DNA of 64,000 bases, taken from the NCBI RefSeq assembly GCF_006345805.1, contig NC_043009.1:50716001-50780000 (forward strand). Direction: 5' to 3'. This document shows positions 51,371 to 64,000 of this stretch, piece by piece. Position numbers and translations under genes: made by a program. The notes under the pieces were generated by a model. The model was not told the origin of the DNA. It saw only the letters and a program-made list of their open reading frames with translations, and made no database searches. Numbering within the stretch: the stretch's first letter is position 1; every line of letters begins with the position of its first letter. The stretch is from Octopus sinensis (lineage: Eukaryota).

Positions 51371-52103
51371 CAGCAGCAGCAGCAGTAGCAGCAGCAGCAG
51401 CTGTTCAAGAATTTGGACCTGGAGATCTTTATTTCCAGCGACTTCGAGGGCCACCTCCCAGTGGTGTCGGGCGTCAACGAAGAGCCCTTGACTACAACAA
51501 GACGACCAAAGGTTTTTGCTTTGCAAGGTCTGGGGTCTCCCGCCCCTAAGCCCTAGACCATCAACTAATCACCTTTACCCGTCTTGCTGCTTAACAACAA
51601 CAACAACAGTAGTAGTAGTAGCAGTAGTAGTAGTAGCAGCAGCCATTCAAGAATTTGGAACTGGAGATCTCCATTTCCAGCGTCGAGGGCCACCTCCCAG
51701 TGGTGTCGGGCGTCAACGAAGAGCCCTTGACTACAACAAGACGACCAAAGTCTTTTTTTTTTTTTGCAAGGTCTGGGGTCTCCCGCCCCTAAGCCTAGAC
51801 CATCAACTAATCACCTTTACCCGTTTGCTGCTTAACAACAACAACAAACTAGTAGTAGTAGTAGCTAGTAGTAGTAGCAGCAGCCATTCCAGAATTTGGA
51901 ACTGGAGATCTCCATTTCCAGCGACTTCGAGGGCCACCTCCCAGTGGTGTCGGGCGTCAACGAAGAGCCCTTGACTACAACAAGACGACCAAAGTCTTTT
52001 TTTTTTTTGCAAGGTCTGGGGTCTCCCGCCCCTAAGCCCTAGACCATCAACTAATCACCTTTACCCATCTTATTGCTTAACAACAACAACAACAGTAGTA
52101 GTA
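51326..52103 (+). repeat. Three ~242-bp tandem units separated by (AAC)n(AGT)n(AGC)n
   Basis: Unit starts at 51404, 51646 and 51887; each ends ...GCTTAACAACAAC. Confidence 0.95.
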
Positions 52104-52644
52104 CTATCCTTTTCTTTTTAAATATATTTGAGGCAGAGTTGTCTACTATTTCTAGTAGATCGAGCGTAAAAGGCCTACACCGTTGTTCTAGCGTGCCGCT
52201 TTGATGAATATTTAATAGTAGGTAGTGTAATTTTGTTTATAAGGGAGAAAATAAAAATGATAGTATAGTGAACGTGGATAGAGAGGGCTAGTCATTTTTT
52301 CCCATAAAACATCTTTTTGACGGTGATCGGAAATAAATATCAATAAAATATTAAAGCAAGTAAGTAAGTCAATCAAATTGATCAGAACATAGGATTGGTG
52401 CCAGCCTCTAATCAAATAAAAGTCAAGACCGAAAGGATTAGTCTTCTAGCTACTCTCCACTTACGATCGACTTGTTTATTTATGACTGGTTATTGACTAA
52501 TTTTCACACAATAACCAAAAAGAAAAGAAGAAAAGATGAATAAAAGAATAAAAAATCTATAAATGATAATGAACGAATTGATAAAATAGACGAGGTAAAA
52601 ATAAGATTACGAAAGGATATATATATATATATATATATAATATA

Positions 52645-52692
<48 letters not shown>

Positions 52693-53476
52693 GTGTGGGA
52701 TATAGACAAGCTGTTACTCAAGTAGATATGTGTTTTTATATTTAGACTGAGCTCGGAAGATATGTTTTAGTTAGAAATTGGGCACTTAATTTAGTGTGAA
52801 AACAATTTTCATCTGATGATTGGAGTGAAAGAGAAAGTAAAGAAAAACTGAGAAATAGAGAAAGCGGGAGACAAAGAAGTAGATGAAACCAAAGAGAGAT
52901 AGAGGGGGGGATAGGGAAATGTAAGGAAAGCAGTAGAAGACAGCTAAGATATATATATATATATGTATATATATGTAGAGAGAGAGAGAGAGCATGGGTT
53001 GATGGGTTGAGACGAAGATAAGAGAAAGAAACCAATCAGGAATGCCGTGTTCACAAACAAGCAACACATCAAAAATAACACAGTACCACTGTGTATGTGC
53101 GCGCCTGCGTACGTGATAGGTAGACAGGTAGATTGATAATAATAATAATAATGTGCATTCGAGTGGAAGTTTTAAGATTAAATATTTCGTAGAGGCTATG
53201 GGATGAAACAGGCCGTCAGTCATCTCTTTATCTTGAGCGTATGTCGAGGATCTGTGTACTAATGGTTCTCTCTCTCACTCACTCTCTCTCTCTCCTTCTT
53301 CCTCTCTCTCTCTCTCTTTCTGTATACACACATACACACACACACATACATACACAGATACATGTGTTTACATGTACGTTATATACACGCGCATGTACAG
53401 TGGACGTCGCTTATTATAATTACGGATAGTGTTATTTTACGATCACTATGTGTGTGTGCGTGTATGTAAACGTGTG

Positions 53477-53520
<44 letters not shown>

Positions 53521-53926
53521 ATATCGCATTTGATGGTATAAATGACGAACGGGTATATCAGACGCACCCCAATTTCAGCAACGCATATTCAGGAAAAAAA
53601 GATTTTAGTGCATTAAAACATGTAATATTTAAAGCGATCTCGCATATAGGACCCAGGGTGATTTTAATAATTAATCTGTTTTTGTTTTGAAGACTTTGGG
53701 GGAGAGTAACAAAGTGCGTTTTATATGCCATCAAATACGATGTGTGCTTGTAGGTGTTTGTGTGTGTGTACACATTTCATATGGGCGTAGTGGTGGCTGT
53801 GTGGTAATAAGTATGCCCCCCCCCCGGTTCCGGTATCAGTCTCAGTGTGTGGCACCTTGGGCAAATGTATTCATCTATAGCCCCGGGCTGACCAATGGCT
53901 TGTGAGTGTATTTGACAGCAACTAAA

Positions 53927-54600
53927 AGGGTGTTCGGTCTAAATTTGACAGTTAACATAAAGCGAAAAGAAAGCTTAGCTTATTATCCCATCCAAAAATA
54001 AAAGTATTTTAGAAAATAAGAAAATGTCAAAAAGATGGGAGATAATTTACTCAAAGTAGCCGCCCTCAGCTTCTACCATGACATCAAGATTGCTCCGGGG
54101 CCTGACGCACGGGTTCATCAGTGTGTCCCCCGGGAAGATCTAACAATTTCTTGATCAGGGCCACAAGCTCGGCCTTGGTATGTTACTGGCAGAGTGTTTG
54201 GTATCTTTCTCAACCGCACCTTACACAGTAATCCATGAGATTGCAATCGGGCGAATTAGGATGCCAGTATCTGGGCTTGTTGAAGTAGTTAAAATTCTCT
54301 GTCAATCACTTCTTTTTCCAACGGTATGGAAAAGATTCAAAACCTGTTGCCACACACACACACGGCCTTCCAGCAGAAACCCTCTCCAGTCAGGGATTGA
54401 TCACAGTCTCTGAATATGGTCCTGTTCTTGCAGTTATTGGGTGAATTCAGACGTGCGGATGTAGTTACAACGCCTGCTGCGTCCCTTCTTGATGACCACA
54501 TCATCGTAGTTTCCGGTGCAGCGGTCCGTGTCATGTCTTACACTCAAAGCAGCGTTCAGAGAACATTGAGCAGCAATCATGATGTCACTTAATTTGATGA
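53927..54600 (-). pseudogene. Internally deleted mariner/maT-like transposase relic
   Basis: Minus translation WHPNSPDCNLMDYCV*GAVEKDT (WPPxSPD motif) and terminal VEAEGGYFE* (stop at 54047-54049). Confidence 0.78.
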
Positions 54601-55374
54601 GGAAAAATTATTTTAATTTTAACATTTGATATTATAATCTAAGATAAACCATTAAATAATTATTTGATTATATCATCCTAGGATATGCTCAAATAACTAA
54701 CTGTAAAAGCGTATCATCAGAGACGCAATCGAAAACTATCCAACGAGAAAAGGACTTTTCCAGCCACAGCTCTGAGGTTTTATGCTTACTAACTGCTGGT
54801 TACCAAGCTGTGGTCATCTTCAATGAAATTGATAGCTATTTCGATCTTCCTCCACAAAAGCAATCACAATAAATAAATAAATAGATAAAATAAATTAACA
54901 AAATAAAATAAGAACTAAAAACTACCGAGAAGTTGGATCGATACTACACATTCAACTTTTGTCGATGAAGAACAGAAGAATGACAGATGTTGACATTTTG
55001 AACAGCGTTTGACAGAAATACCATGAATAGGTTGGTGTTGCTCGTATCAAAAATCGACTGTAGCAATTTGTGCTCGTGGGATGCTACGCTTGTAAACTCG
55101 TATATCGAATTAGAGAAAAAGACGAATCGATCCCAAGACAGAACTAGTACATTATTCATCATACCCAAAAGAATGAAAAGCAAAGTTGGCCGCGGAGGGA
55201 TTTGAACTCAAAGCGCAGAGCTGGAGCGATTATCACAAAAACAAACTAGTCGACGCTTTAAAAACTCTTCCAGTTGGACGCCCACACATGCATGCGCATA
55301 CATACATACATTACATAATACATTATATACGTACTTGTGTATGTGTGTGTGTTGAAGGCATATAAAAATATCTG

Positions 55375-55752
55375 TTTATTTTACTTGTTTCAGTCATCAG
55401 ATTACGGCCATGCTGGAGTACCGCTTTGATGATTTTTTTTAGTCGAATGAATCAACAACGGTCCTTATTCTTATTTTAAAGCCTGTGTTTATTCTATCGT
55501 TCTCTTTTGCCGAACTGCTAAGTTACGGGGACATAAACACCGAAACACTGATTGTCAGATGGTGGCGACGGACAAACACAAGCACAAAGGCATGTATACA
55601 ACAGGCTTCTTTCAGTTTCCGTCTACCAAATCCACTCACGAGGTTTTGTTCGGCTCGAGTAGAAGACACTCGCCCATGGTGCCACGCAGTAGGATTGAAC
55701 CCGGAACCATGTGGTTAGAGAGCAAGTTTCTTACCACACAGCCACGCTTGCG
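55375..55752 (-). mobile_element. Diverged SINE family A
   Basis: Diverged reverse-complement match. Confidence 0.8.
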
Positions 55753-56318
55753 CCATGAATGTGTATGCGTGTTTTAACTTAGAAGTTCCCTACAAAAATA
55801 CACTTACGCACCCACATATATCGCCATTCATCATTTAACGTCCGGCCGCCATGCTGGCAATAAATATACACATATACACACACACACATACATACATACA
55901 TACATACACAAACACACATGTACTCACATAGACATGCCGTTTATACACTAACACACACATACAAAATTTATTATTATACGTGCGTGTGTGTGTGCGCGTG
56001 TACGCAGTGAATTTGGATCTATAGTAAGATATCAGGAGTGAATTTGACAAATGTTATACACCGAGTTTTTATATTGTCTCTTTCTGTGGAAATAGGTGTG
56101 ACATTCTTTCTCCATCCTTTTATACTAGAAATATGTGTGAGATTCTTTTGTTCAAGATGGTAGTTTATCAGAGTTGAAATGACGTGGGTGTTACGACCAA
56201 TATGTTTCTAAACGTGGACAACATAAAACCGGGGAAAATTTTCCCACCCTCCAAAGCTAAAGCTGTCATACAAAAGAGAGCACTGGTGGATGGGGCGGTA
56301 ATGACACACATTCACACA

Positions 56319-56357
<39 letters not shown>

Positions 56358-56360
<3 letters not shown>

Positions 56361-56767
56361 CGTACACACGAGTATGCGTCTATGAGTTTGTGCTTTGTGT
56401 GTAATATATAAGCAAGTGTATGCAATTGGGATTCATACGTCAACTTTTCATTTTTATAGTAGAGCGATATAGAAAGGGAACGGTAAGCAGTTATTTAGTA
56501 ATAAGACGTGTGTGCCTTTAATGTTGATGTACAACATACACACATGCATCCAAATACTCAATGTGTTGCACGTACTGTGAGTGCATATTCATTTGTTTGT
56601 GCGCGTAATGCATGCTTTTACTGCATGTGGACACGCCTAAACTTTTTGCCTAACTCACATGCGTGCAATATGATAATGTGTACCGATCGTATGCGTTTGT
56701 GTATAGTATGCGTTTAAGTTTATATATGCCTCCTATGTTCAAAGGCAGTAAATGGATTTCATGGAAC

Positions 56768-56824
<57 letters not shown>

Positions 56825-57144
56825 CAGAGAAAGGGAGAGAGATATGGCGAATATAAAGAATGATTGATTGTGTATATCTAAATGTTCTCAAAAGACAGGT
56901 GAGTGTATGTTATTGAAGTCATTTATAAGTTCGGTCGGGTTTTCGCCTTTTCCACGACTGGGATATCAAGTTAAGAGTAAATTCAAGATCATGGGGCCAA
57001 GAGTTAACCTGAACCCAGTGTCAGGTGTCTCAATAAATTCTTGTATTCTTCTGCTTTAGCCATCAGTTTTTGACCATGTCTATATGAACTCGACCATCCA
57101 AACGCTCTCTGTTTCGAGATCGCACACACAAACACACTCTCTCC

Positions 57145-57216
<72 letters not shown>

Positions 57217-57650
57217 ACACACACACACACACACACACACATGCGTACACACGAGTATGCGTCTATGAGTTTGTGCTTTGTGTGTAATATATAAGCAAGT
57301 GTATGCAATTGGGATTCATACGTCAACTTTTCATTTTTATAGTAGAGCGATATAGAAAGGGAACGGTAAGCAGTTATTTAGTAATAAGACGTGTGTGCCT
57401 TTAATGTTGATGTACAACATACACACATGCATCCAAATACTCAATGTGTTGCACGTACTGTGAGTGCATATTCATTTGTTTGTGCGCGTAATGCATGCTT
57501 TTACTGCATGTGGACACGCCTAAACTTTTTGCCTAACTCACATGCGTGCAATATGATAATGTGTACCGATCGTATGCGTTTGTGTATAGTATGCGTTTAA
57601 GTTTATATATGCCTCCTATGTTCAAAGGCAGTAAATGGATTTCATGGAAC

Positions 57651-57705
<55 letters not shown>

Positions 57706-58038
57706 CAGAGAAAGGGAGAGAGATATGGCGAATATAAGAATGATTGATTGTGTATATCTAAATGTTCTCAAAAGACAGGTGAGTGTATGTTATTGAAGTC
57801 ATTTATAAGTTCGGTCGGGTTTTCGCCTTTTCCACGACTGGGATATCAAGTTAAGAGTAAATTCAAGATCATGGGGCCAAGAGTTAACCTGAACCCAGTG
57901 TCAGGTGTCTCAATAAATTTCTTGTATTCTTCTGCTTTAGCCATCAGTTTTTGACCATGTCTATATGAACTCGACCATCCAAACGCTCTCTGTTTCGAGA
58001 TCGCACACACAAACACACTCTCTCCTCCTCTCTCTCTT

Positions 58039-58093
<55 letters not shown>

Positions 58094-58110
58094 CACACAC
58101 ACACACACAC
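56358..58110. repeat. 883-bp near-perfect tandem duplication bounded by (CA)n
   Basis: ATGCGTACACACGAG starts at 56358 and 57241. Confidence 0.95.
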
Positions 58111-58959
58111 GGCATTACAACAAACTGATTTAATTCGCTTCCTCTGTTCAAAAGAGGTTGAATGTTTTATCAATTAAGCCGCACCGACATATAAGACTCC
58201 GGGTGAAGACACTGCAGTGGTTCTCTTGTGTATTAAGCAATAAATAATGGTAAAAGGAGCAGAACTACAACAAACTTGTCTTCGTTCAGACATAATAAAT
58301 ATCTTTCGCCGACTGAGACAAAAGTCATCAACGACTACAACGCAGACACATGAATGTAATAAAAGTATAATGCGTATGGAATCTGTATATAACTGCCTTT
58401 TACATAGATACATAATGTGTTTATATGTTATGCGAAATTGTCAGTGGGTATGTGTGTTTTATGTATGAATGTATAATTTATTTTTGTCCATGAACATAAG
58501 GATCGCAGGCAGCGATCGAATGAGATTTCGGTTATAATCCCCCCAGGTATCTCATTTGATTATTACGAAATACAACACACCATGAATTTAGTCAATTTGA
58601 AATGAGAGGAAAAGAGAAACGGGTGTGGTTGGTTGATGAGAGAGTTAGTTCGCATTAAAAACCTTGAACCTCAAACTCACAAATATATTGTGCTTTCAAT
58701 GTGTCAAGTTATTTGTTCTATACGCCTATTGCTTTTTGGGGGTGAAGTAGTCACGATCGTTTGGAAAACTTGTGAATTGAGTTATTATAGACTCAAACTA
58801 CAAATATGTTTGCAACTAACAAATAGCCCTAACAGACATACAACTATACAATAACACTTCCTAAACTGAAGAAGTAAAATTAATGACGTGGCTAAATCAA
58901 ACATAAGAGACCAAACACTAACCTGAGATGTATGTATGTATGTATGTATGTATGTATAC

Positions 58960-59351
58960 ACTTTACTCTTTACTCTTTAACTTGTTTCAGTCATTTGACT
59001 GCGGCCATGCTGGAGCACCGCCTTTAGTCGAGCAAATCGACCCCGGAACTTATTCTTTTGTAAGCCCAGTACTTATTCTATCGGTCTCTTTTGCCGAACC
59101 GCTAAGTGACGAGGACGTAAACACACCAGCATCGGTTGTCAAGCAATGCTAGGGGGACAAACACACACACACATACATATATATATACATATACGACAGG
59201 TTTCTTTCAGTTTCCGTCTACCAAATCCACTCACAAGGCATTGGTCGGCCCGGGGCTATAGCAGAAGACACTTGCCCAAGGTGCCACGCAGTGGGACTGA
59301 ACCCGGAACCATGTGGTTGGTTAGCAAGCTACTTACCACACAGCCACTCCT
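58960..59351 (-). mobile_element. SINE family A flanked by (TATG)n
   Basis: Reverse-complement copy with TATG repeats on both sides. Confidence 0.92.
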
Positions 59352-61292
59352 GTATGTATGTATGTATGTATGTATGTATGTATGTATGTATGTATGTATG
59401 TATGTATGTATGTATGTGTGTGTGTGTGTATTTATGTAAGAAAGCAACTATTAACAGTAGATTATGTAAAACACTCGCGCAGCTCGAGGATGCTTCTACT
59501 TGGTCGCTCGATCTACCAGAACGAGCAACAAAATATCATTCAAATAACACTCGCTATCATAAAAAAAAAGAAGAACATACTAGACAAAATAGTCACTAAT
59601 ACACGCAAGAATGAGATGGTCACGGCTGGATCGTCTTTGATCAGTGTCTGTTCGATCAAGGCTGACCTGGATCAACGAAGGTGCAGTGTTGGGGTATTGG
59701 TCATTAGTCCCAATAGGGCGGTGCGAACCTTCGTGTTTTCGATTTGTGGTAAGTCTGGAAGACACTCGGTTATCTACGCAGTTATTCTTTAGAATATCAT
59801 CGTAAAATTACGCTTTAAAATGTCCACATGCAGTGGCATATGACTCAAATAGAAAACTTTGAAAGACAATAAAAATCCCTTTTAATACTACACCACTCTC
59901 TAAGACAGCTTTGGTTCTGGTAGGTGGGAACATTTCTTGGTTTTATGTTCTTGCGAGAAAACGATAATAAAAGTTCTCTCACCCTCCCTTTCAATAGTTT
60001 CCATCACCTTGATCAATCGAGAAAGACTTTGATAGCTTTTAATAGAAGTGTGATATTTTATTTAAAGAAAAAAAATGTGTGAAATAGGTTTTTAAAATGA
60101 CAGTTTGCTATCGTTTTGCTCACTAAGACCCAATACATTTACAGTAGGGTTTCACACATATCATACACTAGGTTCAAAAATTTCTTCTCAACTGAAATTA
60201 TAAAATTAATAAGTGGTTTAGGACTTCATCCAGCAATGTTTAAAATCTAAAAAAACAAGCAAGGGATGTAACTCCAGTAAGATCAGTTGATTGAAATTTT
60301 GGAGCGATATAAACAATAGATTAAAGTGGATTTGGTCATCAAAACTAACAGGCGAAGGCAACGAAAATATTTTGGTCTTTAAAAACCAGATCCATTCCAA
60401 TCCTCACCGTTCACGCCGTCCAAAACATTTGGTCCTATTCGACCCATCATCTCCGCTTCTAGCTTTTAGTTTCGAACCACTAACTGATTGGATAATCCCA
60501 GTCAATTGGAGTACCCCAACTCCCTACACTACTTATAAGAGACTCGACAGGATTTATATTTCGTACGAAGAACACTTCTGGGGTAGATTCACTCAGCCAG
60601 TGTTGATATCGCGCATAAACACATCCAAAAATATATTATAACATATGTTTGACCATTTGATCAGGGAGCCAGACAGCTGAAATAAAAATAAAACTAAGCA
60701 CTGGATAATGGCCAAAATGCTGACTGACATTGCCCACATCAAATCCTCTTTCCAAGATGAATAAGATTTGTTGAAATTGAACAAGATTGCTAAGCCACCA
60801 CGTGATTTATTTCACCGAGTATTTATTTGTGGTGGAGAATATTTTCAAAGTTATTCTTAAACGATGTTTCAATTTCTCTGTCTTCCAAATTTTGAGATGA
60901 ATCGTTAGAGTCCCAAAATCAGCATTGAAGCTGCGAAGGTTGTCGACCTCTTTCTTTTCTTCTGGTTCTTTATTTCTTCAGCTGTTTGATATTGAATGTG
61001 ATCCACAACAACGGCTCCTTCTCTGCATGCTTTCCTCTAGTTATTTAGAACTTTTTCAGCTAGCTTTCTTTCTACCGTTTTCCTATTGTTAGACTATATG
61101 TTGAATACGAGCATAATTTTCATGACAGAGTCAAGAAAGCGTTAATCAGGTACACCACTTGGGCGGGCGATAGCCTTTTCTACATTAAAAACTAAATAAG
61201 CAGTTTTTGCATCTCCTTTTGGAAGCTTCAACATACGGAATTGATTTTTTACAATTTTTTAAAGATTCTTTGGATTCTCATGAATTCTGTTC

Positions 61293-61527
61293 TTCGACAA
61301 TTTCATCTCAATCGAAGGAGAGGGGCTTTCTCCGTCCGGGTTGCGGATCCGTGGAATAAGCTGCCGGACGAGATAGTGAAGATGCCGACGACCGCTCGGT
61401 TCAAAGTCTCTCTTGACCAGAAATGGCCTGAACTCTTTGCATGAACACCCTCCCTGTACATAACTCCATGTCCCCCTACATGGCATTGCTTTATGCTTTT
61501 TGAGCCAAAAAATTAACATAACTTAAC
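61293..61527 (+). mobile_element. CR1-type LINE 3' end
   Basis: RRGAFSVRVADPWNKLPDEIVKMPTTARFKVSLDQKW matches the CR1/L2 FSxRVxxxWNxLP...FKxxLD C-terminus; short 3'UTR and TAACT-like tail. Confidence 0.85.
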
Positions 61528-63721
61528 TTGTCAGTTCATCGTTGTTAGTGATATTATAATTTCAAGAAATGCTCAAAATCGACAGTAGTTTTACTTGATC
61601 ACATCTCTCAAGCTGACGTATATTATATGTTGAACTGCGGTTCAAGTCTCATAGCCACAGTGAAGTGTAGACAAGATCAAAGCATCCGCTTTTAGTTTCA
61701 GGTTAAAATTTTGAAAAACATGACGTGAAAAAAAAAAAATAAGGGCTTTGTAAACTGCGTGCAGGCTGATATTATCTTCAAGGGAGCAGGAGTTTGCCAA
61801 GATGAAACCGAGGTGAAAAATAAAAAAATTTCAACTATTTCACCATGGGTAGTAGGTAAATAGCTTCTTACTGCTCTGAGACTTTTTAAAATTCGCATAG
61901 AAAGAACTGGAAATTCTCAGGAACGTAATGAAATGAATTTTTCTTTCTTTTTCATTTCATTATGTGCATAGAATTTAAACTAGTAAATACGTGAAAACTT
62001 TGTGCGCAAACTGCTAAGAATAAAAGAACTTGATATTATAATATGTAGAGTGAAATTTAATTCAAGTACTGGAATGTTCAAAAGATGGCATTTATTGAAC
62101 ATTCCAATTGAACATTCCAACACCTGAATTATACAACTAGCGATGTACATTGCAATGATTTAATTTTTCATAGACCAATGAATCGAAATATATCAGGGTG
62201 CAAATGTGTAAGTATAATTCTAAGGGAGAAATGAGAGAAAGAGAAAGTATGTGTGCGTGTATGTATAATCAACAGATGCAAGAGTTTACATACATGCCAC
62301 ATATTCCATTAATAAAGCATTTCTTTTCCAGTTCAAAAACCCGACAGGCTTCTTAGATACCCAATACACAGAGTATATAATAAATAAAGCAAATTATAAA
62401 CCCTTATACCTACACAAATCTCAATATACGCATAAATACGGACATTGAACTAGCATGGCTGCAACTGTGGGATCTCAGTTCAAGAATCTACATTATTTGC
62501 AAACACAAACTCCTAATATAAAAACGGCTAATTTAATCGTATTCTTTAGATGAATTTTTCTTGAAATTTTAAAATTTTCAACTTTTCATATATTTTCTTC
62601 GGTTTTTGAATTCTTTAACTTGCGCGTTCTTTCCAACGGTTTGAGAAAAAAAGATCGAATTCAGTTCTTTTACATTAACTATTATTTTAAAAAGAATATT
62701 TTAGTGAAAACTGTGTGTGTATATGTGTGTGTGCGTGTGTGTGTACATACAAACTGAAAGAATTATCCCCCTTTAGACTTGTTTTCTACGTTATGCAAAA
62801 GCGAAACCGCCACATGTGGCGTATTGTATGCTCATTAAGAGGTACACAAGTTCTGAACACGAGCATACGAAACATTACTCACATATATATATCTACAAAG
62901 GAACATACAAAGTCTATTCACGCCCAGTAGTTATGTTGAATTACCAACAGAAAGCATTAAAAGAACAAACATCAAGAGAGAATCAAAAGAAAAAGAATGT
63001 TGGGTTGTTTTTCTCAGCGTTTTCTGTTTCTTAGCCACTCCCACAGGTTTAGAGAAATGTTCTTCCCCCATAACCACCTCCTTCACCCCGACAAGTTTTA
63101 TCGTTCGTTGATGCCTGCACCTTATACCGAGACGTGTAGAACAAACAAAACTGTAAGCAGGTAGCAGTTTAGGAACGGGTGTAGCAAGTAAGCCTACTTA
63201 CTTCTACCTAAGACGTAGAAGCTATATATATAATAAATATATATGTTTTTGGGAGGGTTATTAAAAGACTATTGGGGTAGTAAACTACTAACAGTAAATG
63301 GTAGATTCCAACGCCTTTGAAACGTTGAAATAATATCATCCTTACAGCTAAATAGAAATTTTAATAACCTTGGTTAAATATTTTCTTATATGTATAGCTG
63401 TAGTTTACGAGTGTTAGTTTGCTTCAACATATATTAAAACATGCTAAAAACACGTACGTCTGTCGTATGAATAATTCCCATAGTTTATAAGAAATACAGT
63501 CGGATAGTCTTATACGGCGGATATAGCTCAAAACCTACGTTTTAAATCAAAATTCTAGGGTTCGTCTTATACACACTATCACCTTAACCCTACTAACAAA
63601 CACGGTGTATAGGATAGAGTGAAAGACTGTCGGACATTAAATAATACTTCAGTATACTCAGACGCACACACAGAGTTCTACATTAACGTGATGTAATATG
63701 TCTTTCTTTATATTAGTATAT

Positions 63722-63951
63722 ACTCTTACTCTCTTTTACTCTTTTACTAGTTTCAGTCATTTGACTGCGGCCATGCTGGAGCACCGCCTTTAGTCGAGCA
63801 AATCGACCCCGGACTTATTCTTTTGTAAGCCCAGTACTTATTCTATCGGTCTCTTTTGCCGAACCGCTAAGTTACGGGGATGTAAACACACCAGCATCGG
63901 TTGTCAAGCAATGCTAGGGGGACAAACACAGACATGCAAATACACACATAC

Positions 63952-63960
<9 letters not shown>
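63722..63960 (-). mobile_element. SINE family A, 3' half (runs toward the window end)
   Basis: Tail repeats, GGGGTCGAT module and the start of the internal microsatellite. Confidence 0.9.
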
Positions 63961-63990
<30 letters not shown>

Positions 63991-64000
63991 ATATATATAC

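Noticed and set aside
51326-52103. Tandem array as CRISPR or as a protein-coding repeat
   Set aside because: Units are ~242 bp with microsatellite linkers and no unique spacers or cas genes; frames break between units.
60291-60760. ORF with RLDRIYIS, reminiscent of an L1/Tx1 endonuclease motif
   Set aside because: A single short motif without the GDFN or SDH partners; not enough to call.
1940-63034. Most ORFs in the supplied track ([16 protein letters not shown], poly-Y/S/V/L)
   Set aside because: They are read-throughs of microsatellites and SINEs with no splice support or domain content.

Overview
This is eukaryotic, AT-rich, repeat-dense genomic DNA. The SINE repertoire strongly suggests an octopus (coleoid cephalopod) genome, which is an inference from recognised repeats. 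I find no intact protein-coding gene, rRNA, tRNA gene or CRISPR array, and almost every ORF in the supplied track is a microsatellite read-through or SINE artefact. The window holds four recurring tRNA-headed SINE families (called A, B, D, E here), a (GAT)n-tailed retroposon 3' end (C), and LINE relics (RTE, a young BovB-like RTE 3' end, CR1, an ORF1 zinc knuckle). DNA transposons include a 2.1-kb hAT with a nested Tc2-type MITE, a hAT MITE, mariner MITEs and relics, a Helitron, and a 6-bp-TSD MITE carrying TTAGGG repeats. The left ~22 kb is CpG-poor and carries small minus-strand exon candidates, so it is probably the 5' end of a gene running out of the left edge. The most unusual observations are: a 3 x ~242-bp tandem array with an HDV-ribozyme-like pseudoknot motif; a near-complete hammerhead core; B-SINE insertion bias at GGTAT, including two nestings at the same spot of E-SINE heads; a SINE flanked by a 64-bp duplication; and inverted SINE pairs. 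Coordinates were counted by hand and are approximate for degenerate repeats.
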